A DNA stretch of 64,000 nucleotides from Octopus bimaculoides (taxonomy: Eukaryota), in the NCBI RefSeq assembly GCF_001194135.2, contig NC_068997.1, forward strand, positions 57,357,551 to 57,421,550. Reading direction: 5' to 3'. Positions within the stretch are counted from its first letter, which is position 1; each line of letters starts with the position of its first letter. The position numbers and the translations under genes are program-made. The notes under the pieces were generated by a model. That model worked only from the letters and a program-made list of their open reading frames with translations, made no database searches and had not been told where the DNA came from. This document shows, one piece after another, positions 11,771 through 25,300 of the stretch.

Positions 11771-12753
11771 CTGTCTCCTGTTGCAGTCTTGGAGATTTTA
11801 GGGACAACAGTAGACATGTGAGTTCATTATTTCATACTGTAAAGGGGTTGAATTTGTAAAAAGTTTTTGGGAATTTAGTTTGTGCGATGTTCGAATGATG
11901 TGTTAAGCTGTGTACTAGTTATTTGTGGACATTGTTAATTAGTAAAGTTGGAAGAGACAAGGTTGTTATGCTCCATTTTAAAAAGCTGTCAAGGTTATGT
12001 CATTTAAGTGGCCGTTAGCTTGCACATAAATATTAGCTGTGTACAAACAATGAAGAAGGTACGAAGGGTGATATTATTTACAGGGAAATGTGTTTTAGGT
12101 GTGATTCAATTTATCGGAGTCACTACATATATAATGTATATGCATACATATCTACGTGTATATATATATGTACATATATGGGTCGAAACGATCGTCGTAC
12201 TCAATAAAGATTAATGCTAAATCTATCTTCCGTTTCTTTCATCAAATATTATCATTATAAATGTGTATATATGCACACACACGCACACACACACACTTTA
12301 TATATATATATATATATGTATACACACATGTATGCGTGTATATGTGTATGCATTAAGTATGTGTTATAGGAACCAGTACGTGTGCATACATTATATAATC
12401 TATTAAATGAACATCTATTATATCATATCACTTTCAATATGCGGTATTGACATCTCGAGACATCAACTTTCTGACTCCTCTCATCATGTGTTGAAGCTTC
12501 CTTAGGAGAATCTTGGTTCACACAAGCACACACATACACACGTTTAAACCCACATCCTTACGCGGACACATTCATACATACTTCACGAGCATACATACAT
12601 ATATGCAAATGCATATATATTATATACTGTATACATAATATATACAACTGCAATCGATGCAGATTTTATAAATACGTATGCATTTGTTAAATATAACACA
12701 GATATTCGCTATACAGACGGTGTGTGTACGTAAGCACGTGCATATATACATAT

Positions 12754-12804
<51 letters not shown>

Positions 12805-13400
12805 AGATATTTGAATTTATGTATATACAAATATATTTATACTAATATGCATATATATATATGTGTATATATATATGTGTATATATATATGTGTATATAT
12901 ATATATATATAAATATAAATACTTACAAACAAAGAGACTCTAACAGATACACAGAGAGACATGACGAGAAGAAAGTGGGGGGAAGAGTGCAGGGAAGGAT
13001 GGGTGGGAGAAATTGATGGTTGTGGTGGTGGTGGTGGTGGTGGTGGTGAGTGTAGATGAAATCATTGGTGAACAGGAAAACAAAAAAAAAAAAACAGATT
13101 CAGGAAATGGAATAAATAAATGTAAAATATGGACGTATAATTGGCTTAAAGAATATGGAATCCTTGAAAGTGTTAAAGACTCTATTGAATCTGTGATAAC
13201 ATTTGACATTCCAGTGTTGAGGTTGGAAGTTAAGAAATACATTCACGTAAACAACAATAAGAATACGCAACAAATACAAACCTCAACTAAATAAACAAAT
13301 TTAATGACTACAACTGTTATTTCTATCTCCATCCTCCTCCTCCTCTTTCTACTACAACCACCCCAACAAGCCACTACTACTACTACCCCTGCTACTGCTG

Positions 13401-13443
<43 letters not shown>

Positions 13444-13520
13444 GAAAAGAACATCATCTAGAACAGAAGCAATAGGGAAGTGAGGCGACTGTTCAGTAGT
13501 GGCAAAAACAGAAAGAAAAA

Positions 13521-13656
13521 ATAATCCTTTCTAATAAAGTCACAAGGCCTGAAATTTGTCGGGTGTGGGGCGAGGGGAACTAATCGATTACATCAATCCC
13601 AGTTGTTTCGACCCCGAAAGCCCGATGGGCAAAAGATCGTGCCAGCTTACCGCCTT
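13521..13656 (-). mobile_element. SINE family A copy, internally deleted
   Basis: Tail ataatcctttctaataaagtcacaaggcctgaaattt and head gccagcttaccgcctt are reverse-complement matches to the 27930 copy. Confidence 0.7.
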
Positions 13657-14082
13657 AATAATAATGATAATAATTCTTTTATTGGCCACAAGGGCTAATA
13701 TAGAGATACATTAAAAGACTTGACAGGAATCACCTTCAGCTGTCACAGGCACCATATTTTATCAATAACATAAAAAGGTAGCAATATTATTGTACAAAAA
13801 AAAACAATGGTTTACATGGGTCTCTCCCCAAGAATCACGTTGAACGAAACAAAAAATAAAAGCATATACTTTGCATCATGTGATCGTGCGCAGAACAGAG
13901 AAGCTATACAAGAGAAACCAGTCACACAGTTAAAATTCGTTTGATTGTACATGTAGAAGGGTGGACTATGTTTCGGTAACAGTAGTATTCTGCCACGTAC
14001 ATCGTCCCTTCTACATGGTGTAATGTGAGCCCAAACTCTCAGAAAAACTCACACAGCAGACAAACATAGAAAGAATGTCATC

Positions 14083-14243
<161 letters not shown>

Positions 14244-14399
14244 TAGCAACAATATTGACAATTGCAATTGACCAAACATTGTTTTGGTGAGTGGTTCACC
14301 ATCAAGGATCAAGGAATAAGTAAGTCTAAAATTTTAACTTTAGCAAACACCAGGTTTGGATTTGTTGTAATTTGTCAATATATTTCCAACTGATACTAT

Positions 14400-14796
14400 T
14401 GTGTCGATTGTCATTGACACCCCTAGCGGATTAAAGACTGAACTAAGGGAACTCTTATAAAGAGTAGAGGTTGTTAGTAGCCGGAGGTGAGAGAGCGTTT
14501 TGGTAGTCTCGCGAAGTACGTCGTGTGAACACATTGGTCAAATATGTCTTCGAAAGAATAAAAATATTATGGGTTTAAGCACCGTCTCAAAAGGGGAGAT
14601 GTGGCGAGAGTTATTGACACCCCTGGTGGATTGAAAAATTGACTGGCGGAACTCTTATAAAGCGTAGACGTCGGTACTAGTCGGGCAGAGAGCGTTTTGG
14701 TAGTCGCGCGAAGTTCGTCATGTGAACACATTGTTTAAAACTCCGCTGCATAATTTATCTATACACTCCTGTGGCAGAATATATTAGAGATACACA
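14400..14796 (+). mobile_element. Miniature LTR-retroelement-like structure (LTR - short internal segment with PPT - LTR)
   Basis: Two diverged units both start TGT (14400, 14600), exactly 13 nt before a shared attgacacccct. Purine tract aaaaggggaga lies immediately before the second TGT. No TSD identified; the right end is uncertain. Confidence 0.55.
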
Positions 14797-15654
14797 ATTG
14801 GCATGAAATGTGAGATGCATAGAATGTAATGTTAGTTTGAAAGGACACCAGCTGTCAGCCTAGAAATAAACACATATTAGAAATAATAGAGAAAACGACT
14901 GGAGGGTCATAACTAGAACAGTTATGATTATGGTACCATTTTATCAGAGCTAGCGTTAGGGGTGTGAAACAATAAAAACAACACCAAGCAAAGATACTCA
15001 GAAATAAAGGGGAGAATTGAAAGAAAAGTATAATAGGCTGACACCGTCTTGTTTCTTATTGATTCTACGGGAGGAGAGTTTCTGTAGATGTAGAAAAAGT
15101 GGGCAATTTGAATCCTGATTCTGTTTAAGTAAACCGGCTGCTTGCGCAAATAAATATGGAGATTTGGTCGGCTTGATGGAATCTCATAAAATAATGCAAC
15201 TACAACAACAGCAACTACTACTACTACTTAAAAAGAGCATGACAATAATAAAGAGCAGTATGACAGTAAAGCCGTTAGAAATTTACAAAAACAAGACAGT
15301 AAAAACAAAACTCAGTAACAACAAAAGCAACAACAAGAAACTAGCAACAATAAAGTAACAAAAATAGAGTGCAAGAAAGTAACAACAACAATGATAACAA
15401 CAACAAAACAGAAACTCATACAACTGCACACACATATATGAAAGCAACAACCAAAGTCCTGATGGCAGGAGAAGATAAAGTTTGTATGGGAAGCCATTAA
15501 ATAGTGAAGATATTGCAGTTAAGACCAAATTTGTAGAACGTCAAATTTGAAAAATGAAACAAAAATATTTGAAAATATTAAATAAATAATATTAAAGATA
15601 TAACATTTACTTAAACAAACTTCGATGAACTGTCCTTAGATAAACCAACGATTA

Positions 15655-16070
15655 TCACTATTATTATTTTCTTTTAATCTACATGTTTGTTACAATCACT
15701 CACTGCGACACACCCTGCGTCCTAGGGTGAGTGAAGGATAAGAGATGTTATAGTATGACTGAAACCTTAGGGAAGGCAAGTGGCTGGGGCGGTAACGAAA
15801 TATCTCCATGCAATACAACACAGACATTTAAAGTGATGGAGTTTTTCAAAGGTTGTGGGCAGTACTTATCAGCACAAACTTTTGAATTTCTCAGAGATGG
15901 TTCTCCTGGGATATTATCAAGATGTTTTTGATATCCCTTTCTTATCATAACTAAAACTCCCAAAATAACAGGAAGAGTTCTCGCTTTAAGATGCCACATC
16001 TTTTCTATTTCAATTTCCAGGTCCTTATATTTATTTACTTTGTCAAATTCCTTTAAATCAAAAGCTTTCG
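15655..16070 (-). mobile_element. R4/Dong-like RLE LINE 3' fragment with 3' UTR
   Basis: ORF 15748..16164: KEFDKVNKYKDLEIEIEKMWHLKARTLPVILGVLVMIRKGYQKHLDNIPGEPSL is a typical RLE C-terminus. AAT-rich tail. Confidence 0.85.
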
Positions 16071-16942
16071 CTAAGGACGACCATTTATACCTGGCGGTTA
16101 TTGTCACTACCGTTGATTTCGGTCCCGTCTTTCGTGGGTGAATTGCTGCAATGTACAACGACAATGCCTATTAATTTGTGATCCTGATTTTGTGCTAAGA
16201 ATAAACATGGCGTGGCATCATTCAGAATCAAAGCAATGGAAACGTACGATTCATAGACGGTTCATATTTAGTAACATCTCGTTAATGATAAACTACTATA
16301 TCTTATTCGGTAAATTACTTCACTGGCAACTGAACACATTAAACAACATGAAATTTGCGTCATTCTAAACACTAAGATTAATATTTTCATCGGGAATTAA
16401 TTACGTTGCATGATAAATTTTACGATCGTTTATGAGTTAAGAGAATTTTCTCATTTAATACTTAGGGCTGCATTTACACCATAAGAGGATTTGTTCGGGG
16501 GTTTAATTAATTTGCGAATAGCCTGATAAAGAAGTCATACTTTTCCTTGAACCGATGTTGAATGAGAGCCGAAATCATTGACACTGTCATCTGTAAAGTT
16601 TAGCCTCTCAGTTATTTTTATATGTAAGTTTAGATGTATATTTACTGTATAAAATCAAATTCTTCTTCGATTTCTGGTGCTTGTAATAGAGAAAACTAGA
16701 AATTGTACAGACTCAAAAGAAGGGAATCTATTTATGATGACCTTCAGCGAGACAAACTATTCATACGCTATACATATATCGGTGGACACTCAATACATGA
16801 CACACACTCATATACACGCAGTAATACGTTCATAAAACATTCACAAACTCACACAATCACACACAGATATAGAGACATAGCTATAGATTAAGTAGCAGGA
16901 TAAACTTAACAAGCATTTCGTAGGAGAAGGTAAATAAAGTAA

Positions 16943-16980
<38 letters not shown>

Positions 16981-17050
16981 AGTAATCTTTGATAATCCTT
17001 TCTTCTATAGGTAGAAGGTATGAGATGAGGGGTGTAAGTCTATTTCTCAA

Positions 17051-17190
17051 CTGGCATTTATTTTATCGACCACGAAAGGATTAAAGGCAAAGTTAACCTC
17101 GGCAGGACTTGAAGTCAGATCATGAAGCCGGACGAAATGCTGGTAAGCGTTTCGACCGGGCTGCTAACGATTCTGCCAGTTCATCGCCTT
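17051..17190 (-). mobile_element. SINE family A copy
   Basis: atcgaccacgaaaggattaaaggcaaagttaacctcggcagg...gctaacgattctgccagttcatcgcctt is the reverse complement of the family A head and body. Confidence 0.75.
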
Positions 17191-19725
17191 CTAAGTATCT
17201 TTATTAATTACTGATATAAACATTGAGTTGTTAGTTTGTTTATTTCTGCAAGGGGGGGGGCATATATGCAGAGAAAGAAAGAGAGGGGAAGAGCGAGAGA
17301 GAGAGAGAGTTAACATCAAAAATGGAAAATGGCTGCATATAAGAGGCTTTGTTTCAGTCAATGATAACTTTTTGAAAAATACATATCTTTAATGAAGTTT
17401 CGCAGCAACAGTATTTTTTTTCTTTTTAATTCATAGATTATGAGATTATGCTAATAAAATTCAGAAAACTTCTGCGTATACTTATTGCAAATTTCCAAAT
17501 GAGAAACTTGTTTTATTTAATTATAACTTAAGGTAATAAACATATCTGTCTTGAAAATTAATATTAATTTTGTATAATTATTAGTTAACTTTGACAAAAG
17601 TTAAATAATAATTATCGTACGAATGACATACACTTTCCAACCATAGTGGCAAGAGTAATACTTCCAAGGTTACTGTCATTTGACGGGTAGCATTTCAATT
17701 ATTTATGTAATTCTAAATTCATCGCCCAGCAAGATGAGATGAAAACAGCACTTTAGGATTAATCAACAGGAAATGAACTATAAGTATTCAATAGATAAAC
17801 TAATATTAATCTATCTACTTACTCAGGCATCGAGAAGTTTACTGGAGTTAATACACGGTGAGTAAATCAAAGAATAAGGGAGGATCACAATACAAATGTA
17901 TGACAATGTAGAGTTGTTGGGATTGAAGAAACAGAGGTGGTGAGATAATTAATTATTCTAAGATGCCATCTGCATGGAAAAACAGCAGTTAAATTAGCGT
18001 TAACGTATTGCATGAATCCCAAGAAAATACAACTACAAACGTGTGAACAGGCAACACATTGAGTATGTTTTCTGCTAAGAATTACATTCAAGAAATTCAT
18101 ACGGTTTCTAGTGATACAAGGAATCATTTGACATCATTTGTACAACTGACTCCACCCGAAAAAGTTTTCTCCCAGCCATTTATTTTAAATATGTTATTTT
18201 ACTTTGCCGTAGCTGAAGATGTATATGAAAACGTTACTCAAACTCAGTTTGATTGTAGATAATGTCACTTTCATCCTTAATGTTCTTGTAGAATGAATAT
18301 ATGCTGCAGTACACTGTTTTCCGACTCTTAAAATATATAAACACAGTACCTCGTCAAAATCCGTGAGCTATCCGCAGAGCAAACGATACGCCAAATTAAT
18401 TTTCTATATGGTGTTCACCATGGCTGCAGTCGAATGACTAAAACAAAAGCAAGAAGGCAAAAGAAATATTGGGAGCGACGTGGGTTTGCTTAGAGGGTTT
18501 TAAAATGTATGAACACTACAACATCCAATTGTCAGTTCTTTATAATATAAAAGACAAGGAGTTAAAGTAGTCACAAAGGACAGAAGCATTCCATTCCTCT
18601 GCTACAACAATCGTAACACATTTCGAAGATGTTCCACTTATAACAGAAGGAGGTATATATTTGCTTGTCTCTCTAATAAACTAAAATGACTTCTTTTCTT
18701 TTTTTTTTCTTCTCAAGAAATAGAGTCGTTACAATACTTACGTCAGCAATCTTTCAATACGTTATCATTATAGTTCTTCACCTGTTAATTATGTCTTAGT
18801 GATTCGCTGTTCCAATACAGAGAATATCAGTTAACATAGATTCCATGGAAGATAAATAGATAAATATATAATGGGAGACATACTTTCACACATCACAGGA
18901 ATGTATGTGTACATGGATGTGTGTGTGTGTATGTCTGTGTGTGAGCGTGTGTGCGTTTGTGTGTATACTAAAGAATAGTCTTCTTACGTTCTGCTTATTT
19001 TTTTTTTTTTTAAATCCAATAAAGTTGAAAAAATATGAATGCTTGGCACCAGTTAGTATGACGTACAACAGTTTTATGTGTTCGGCATTGCTGATCGAGA
19101 TTCTTGGTCAATGTATTTAACTACTACAGACCTCCCAGTAATATACTTCTAACCAATAAATTCCTAATATTGAGTAATTTCGATTTACATTGTTTTTTAC
19201 TAAATCACAGCTGATTGAGATGTTGGAATTCCCGACTGCTGGTTAAAGAAGTGAGCCATTAGACTGTCTTTTTGTGGTCACGTGGAATGCTAGATATACC
19301 CACAAAAGCTTCCTCAGTTCACACCGTTGCGATTTTAGTATAAGAATAACACATTGGACTATATATATANNNNNNNNNNNNNNNNNNNNNNNNNNNNNNN
19401 NNNNNNNNNNNNNNNNNNNNNNNNNNNNNNNNNNNNNNNNNNNNNNNNNNNNNNNNNNNNNNNNNNNNNNNNNNNNNNNNNNNNNNNNNNNNNNNNNNNN
19501 NNNNNNNNNNNNNNNNNNNNNNNNNNNNNNNNNNNNNNNNNNNNNNNNNNNNNNNNNNNNNNNNNNNNNNNNNNNNNNNNNNNNNNNNNNNNNNNNNNNN
19601 NNNNNNNNNNNNNNNNNNNNNNNNNNNNNNNNNNNNNNNNNNNNNNNNNNNNNNNNNNNNNNNNNNNNNNNNNNNNNNNNNNNNNNNNNNNNNNNNNNNN
19701 NNNNNNNNNNNNNNNNNNNNNNNNN

Positions 19726-19767
<42 letters not shown>

Positions 19768-21439
19768 TGCGTCTTAAGTTTAAATCATATCGAAGCTGAA
19801 TCTTTAATTTACATACGTAATCGCACGGAATGACTTCCAAGCACTTTTCTCCAATCCAATTCCATTCAAAATATATCGCCCAAGTCAATCTTGTCGTAAA
19901 AGACACTTGCTCAAGATGCCAGACTGTTGAATGGAACTCTTGAACTCATGATGCTTACGAAGCAAAAGTTCTTATTACTCTGTGGCTATACGCACACACG
20001 CACACACCATAAATCTAACCCAGTAAAATTTTAATTAAAATCTACAAGTGAGGGTGTTAATGATTCGTTAGGTGGAATTGTTGTATTCAAGACTTTAAAG
20101 GAATCAGAGAGGTAAGCCTGGAGACTGTAATGAAAGAAATGAGCAGACCGGAGATATTTAGAGGTTTCTATTCCCTTATTCCTGTGCCCGGAATTGGATG
20201 CTAGTGGAAGAAGATTATTCAAACTTTGCAATGTGTCTGCAGATATTCTGATACCAGTAATTTCATTTGCAGTTGAAACAATATTATCATAGCTGGTGGT
20301 TGTCGTTATATTTTTTGAAGAGTACAACTGATTCTGAATTCAAATCGACAGCATAAATGAAAGAATCGAAATAAATATTCGTAGATTCCATAAATTATAC
20401 CGATGTGGATACGTATTTAGAGATACGCAAGTCGCACTAGCAAAAGTTTAAACTTAGGTTATAAATAGAGAGAGAAGGCTATGAGTCATCGCTTATTTCC
20501 CTGGACATTAGGTACTCTGTGGCCTTCAGCGTCAGTAAAGAACAGACGAAAATTGACTCAAAATGTCTCTGTGACTGAAGGAAATTCATAGAGAAATGTT
20601 AACAACGTGTTGATAAATTATGAGCAGCCAGAGTTTTGTATCATCGAAATATTCGACAATCGAAAAGTAACGAAGATGGTATTTGGCAATTCATATCAAA
20701 TGAATTGTATTTCATTCTATGAAAATGATAAATTATTAATTAAAAACGCATCCGTTATAAATTATATTTTCATAAAATTCGATAATTCAGTTTGGATTTA
20801 ATTGAATATTTGATTGGGAAATTAATTTGATTTATCTCGCAAATGACATTTTAAAATTTATTTTCTGTTCGAGTATTTCTGAAGCATTTGGTCAAAATCA
20901 AACGTGATGTATTAAACCCTTCCAAAGACATTAGTAAATCCCCCAGAACAGATTCTTTGTGTCAATTGGAAATCCAATATGAAGGAAGAGAACTTTTCGC
21001 ATTGTCATTGGGAGTTCGTGGGTTAAGTTATTGGTTTCTGGGTGAATAAGAATTTCCGTTGTAAACCAATCAAAACAAATGTCGAATATTGACAGAAAAC
21101 CTCAGATATTCGGAGTGAAAAGGTCGCAAGTTATTATATGGACCCTAATATTTATTTGGTACATTTTGAATATGTACCTGGGTGGGTGAAAAGTGAAGTT
21201 GAATTAGACGAAATTTGAATTCGCAATGTAAATATCTCTATATGATTATCGCTCACCATTTTGTTTCATATTTCACCGATTTCGCCGTCCATCAGTCTTT
21301 CTAACTCTATGAACATTTGTTTCAAACATTGCTACAACTCCACAGATTGTGTAAGAAATTGCTTGTAAGATACAAACAACTCTGTCGCTCGATCAATTGA
21401 TGTTCTACCCAACATGTTTTCGTCATTGATATATGGGTT

Positions 21440-21642
21440 TCGAATTTCGGCCCAAATCCACTAATTTCGGGATAAGGGATAATTTGATTACATCGACTGC
21501 AGTACTCGACTGATGCTTATTTTATCGTTTCGGGAGGATGAAAGGCAAGATCGACTGCGGCAGAATTTGAACTCAGAACGTAAAGACAAAATGCTTTGCG
21601 GCATTTTGTCCGGCGTGCTGACAATTCTTCCAGCTCGCTGCC
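21440..21642 (-). mobile_element. SINE family A copy
   Basis: gaatttgaactcagaacgtaaagac...gattcttccagctcgctgcc-like reverse-complement match to family A. Confidence 0.75.
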
Positions 21643-21679
21643 ATAGAAGAAGATAATATTAAGGAAACACGCTTCTTTT

Positions 21680-21960
21680 CAATATTGAAGTGGAGTGCGG
21701 TTGGTTGTGTGAGAAAGGGATGCATGGATATCATGTTGACGGCTACAAAGTACTTTAGTCCCGAGTTGTCGCACACAGGTGTTATACTGAAGCAGTGATG
21801 TAGTTCAAGATATAATTTGTCCAGATTAAAACATAAAAGGATCATTATGTGAACAACTTTAATCTTGTCCGTTTGATCAGTGAACAGAGAAGATAATTCT
21901 GAGTATACTCGGGGTCATAAGGCACAGTTTAGTTTTTGATGTATTGTGCCTGTGGATAAG
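21680..21960 (+). mobile_element. Possible decayed LINE AP-endonuclease remnant
   Basis: Reading SLCEQL*SCPFDQ*TEKIILSILG weakly resembles APE FYEQLQS...K.IL.ILGDFN. Confidence 0.3.
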
Positions 21961-22304
21961 AACTGAGTGTTAAATTGCGGAATGCATTCGATCATAGATT
22001 TTCACGATTAGAGTTCACCTTGGGTTAATCAAAAGCAGTAGCTGCCGCACATAATTTATAAGTAAATCGATTCGGTATAACGTTTACGCTTTATATTGAG
22101 TGAGGCTTTACGTTATCGACCTCAAGAAGGATAAAAAAAATCACTTTGATACTGGTGGGGTCTGAAGTTTGAACGAAAAGACTGGAAAAATGTTGAAACG
22201 AATTACGCCAGATGCTCCACATAATTCCGACAGTTGATAACCTGAGTCGGTCGTTCAATAGAAAATGGTTTTTATAAACATTATTTTTTATGCTGGCAAC
22301 TGTT

Positions 22305-22690
22305 ACTCCATCGGTTACGACGACGAGTTTTCCTGTTGATCCATTCAATGGAACAGCCTTCTCATGAAGTTAAGGTGTAAGTGGCTGAGCATTCCACAAG
22401 CACACGTACCCTTAGCATAGTTCTCAAAGAGATTCGGCATGACACAGATTGTGATAACTCATTTTCGCCACTGAGTGGACTGGAGCACATTCTACCACCG
22501 TAGTGGTATGTACATGAAACGAATAGTTGTTGCTCATATCAGTCCTCATGTTACGCACTGTACTTGACTCTAGGATTGCCGCTCCATTTTAGTCTAAAGT
22601 GTATTGTTCAAGGACACGACGCGCCGCTGGGAGTCGAACTCACATCCTTACGACAGTAAGCCGAATATCCTAATCACTACACCACGTGCC
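22305..22690 (-). mobile_element. tRNA-derived SINE copy
   Basis: Minus-strand head ggcacgtggtgtagtgattagg...gtgagttcgactccc has A and B boxes. Body ends ...cgtcgtcgtaaccgatggagt. Confidence 0.75.
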
Positions 22691-24647
22691 ATCAATATTG
22701 ACGAACTCACACTTAGACAAGACCGCCTGAGAAGGTATGAAATATCAATAGCGGTAGTAATATTAAGGATGGTAGACTTGTATTATCAGATGATTCAACA
22801 GTTTTACAGATGGCTTTGAATTGGCACAAAATGTGCTTCGTAAACAGGAGATTACCCTTTGTTTTCTCTCTCTCACTATCCGTCTGCCTGTCTCGACCGA
22901 TGTTAACATTTACGTTGGTCGCTTTTCAAGGAAATATAGAAAAGACCTAAAACAAATAGTGGTTCATAACTCTGTTTATATTACGCGTGGTAATATCATA
23001 GTTGTTACAGCTTTGTATCTGGTGTTATCACACGCTAGAGCCAATATAGATCTGTATCCCATGCCGTGCACGTTTTATGTTTGTTATAAGCGACACAAAC
23101 ACAGGTTTGAGGCAATAATAGAACAGACAAACAATAATTGATTAAGTGTAGCATTTTAGATGTTTTTTCTTCTTATTTTTGATTTTTCGTTCTCCCACAA
23201 AGTCGAAATAAATGAATAATTGTATAGTTTGAGAAAATCCTACCTTCAAAGCAAAAGATAAACTAATGTAAAGTGTATTAGGCAACAAGATCAGAGCGAT
23301 AGATTTAGTTTTTGGATACTGCGGCATTTCAAATCTTACAAATATTCAACATATACACATATACGTGTGTGTGTTTGTATGTGTATGTGTGCGAGTGTGT
23401 GTGTATTATTGGGATGCAGCATATACGTGTCTGTGTATATGTCTGTATTATGTAAATGAGCTACTGGCTATGGACAGGAAAGTCAAATAAAGGCGTATCA
23501 AATATGATACAAATAAATACTGGATGTATTAAACTTATCTCCCCTTCAATAAAAGAACAAACAAATACTAAGTGGCAATTATGACAAACTCCACCGAGAA
23601 GGGGAGATGGTCTCAAGAATCAAGAAAGTAGACCTCAGCTACTATCTACACTAGACGCCGCCGCACAGCAGCTTTCATACTTTGACACCAACAAACGAAA
23701 TACTTTGACGTGTAGTCTTGGGTAAGTTGCTTGTGCTTATTGTCCATATTCTTGGTACTAGCCACCTTGAGTCGTTTTTGTTGCTTTGAATTTGTTTGAA
23801 TTATGCAAATTAATAAAAATGGATAAACATAAGCAGTGGCTTTGTATTTATCGATATACACCTAACAATGCAAAAAGATGAAGTATATAGTAATCACAGA
23901 GGGCTCCATTATGACCTCATAGATTTTGGGCGCCTCTTTAGCCCTCACTATCTGTTGTTTTAACATTTCCACGGCCTCTTTCCTAATCTCATTTATACAT
24001 AATACTTACATACACACGCATTTTTATCTAAACAGAATAAAAAAAAAAAAAGATCCTTTCTCCATAAGCTATATCATCTTCCAATCATTGATACCTCTGC
24101 ATTATTGATATTGGTTCGAATAAGTCGCTGCAACACCTTACCTCATGTTTTCTATATATGTTGCCCTTATTTATGCCATTACAATATCAATGTCAAAGGA
24201 AATATTGCTTTCACTTGGGTTTCGTTCTGTCCCCTATCTTCCAGGGTTTCTCATTGTCGATTCTTCAACACAGAAACACAAGAAAGCTAATATAAAGAAG
24301 TGGAGAGGAAATCACCAAGAATTAATCAACTTATTTCTTTGTAATAAAACCTTAATCAAAGTGTTTTTCTCGCTGTCACATTTGACACTTTAATTAAAAC
24401 CTGTTATTTATTAACATTTTCGTCATATATATATAAGTATACATAAAACCACATCCACACATACACCCAAGCGTATACGTACATATGTGAGTGTGTGTGT
24501 ATTCAAATATTCAAATATACACATGCAAATATATATATATTCGAAAATGTTTATTCTTATATATATATATATAATTTTTCTCAGTATATATATATATATC
24601 CAGACATATACAGATATATATTTGTAAGCATGCATGTATATATAGTG

Positions 24648-24880
24648 GAGGCGTGCGGCTTAGTGATAACGGTGTTGAACTCATGATCGTAAGATTGTGG
24701 TTTCGATTCCCGGACCGGGAGATGCGTTGTGCTCTCTTGAGCAAAACATTTCATTTCTTGTTGCTCCTAAAAATGAGTAATTCTGCGACGGACCGGCGTC
24801 CCATCCAGGTGGGGAATATATACGCCATGGAAAACGATAAACCGGCCTTATGAGTTTAGATGACTCAGGAAGGAACTTGA
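24648..24880 (+). mobile_element. tRNA-derived SINE with Meta/V-domain-like central core
   Basis: Head gaggcgtgcggcttagtga...ggtttcgattccc. Core ctgcgacggaccggcgtcccatccagg resembles the MetaSINE/V-SINE core ctgcgatggact.gcatcccatccagg (from recall). Confidence 0.7.
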
Positions 24881-25069
24881 CTATGTATATTATAGAAGAG
24901 ACACCCGGAGTCCCTCGGGTTTATAATGACATAGTTTGTATATATATATATATATATNNNNNNNNNNATATAATATACGAACTTGATAATGGATTATTTT
25001 GAATTCACCATATATGAAGTGCCACTTTAAAAATATGGTTATTCATTTCACCATTACATAAGAGAAAGC

Positions 25070-25300
25070 TGGAAAAGATATCAGAATGACAGTCTTATCA
25101 TTTGGAAGGAGACTATTGACAAACTTTTGGATTTCAAATCAACACTAAATGATATAAATAGTAGCATTCAATTCACAATGGAATATAACATAGAGCAGTT
25201 TCCATGTTTGGTTATCATGATAAAAAAAGTCAACAACCAGATTATAACTGATATACATAAGACGTCTAAATATGCACGCATAACCAAGTTTGATCTCTTT
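25070..25300 (+). mobile_element. Penelope-like element reverse-transcriptase fragment (RT motif 5 to thumb)
   Basis: WKRYQNDSLIIWKETIDKLLDFKSTLNDINSSIQFTMEYNIEQFPCLVIMIKKVNNQIITDIHK matches PLE W.RY+DD..IIW......IQFTME....LPFLD+.I....I.TD+Y.K. The YxDD motif is degenerate (YQND). Confidence 0.85.

Noticed and set aside
12977-13007. Four G3+ runs forming a potential G-quadruplex
   Set aside because: It sits in low-complexity purine-rich sequence beside a (GGT)n repeat, with no supporting functional context.
20031-20327. 98-aa minus-strand ORF of plausible composition
   Set aside because: No recognisable domain and no good donor site. The + strand (WNCCIQDFKGIREVSLETVMKE) weakly resembles an RTE C-terminus. 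Unsupported as an exon.
22091-22348. 85-aa minus-strand ORF (NGSTGKLVVVTDG...)
   Set aside because: It is built from two SINE remnants (a decayed family A copy and the tail of the 22305-22690 SINE).
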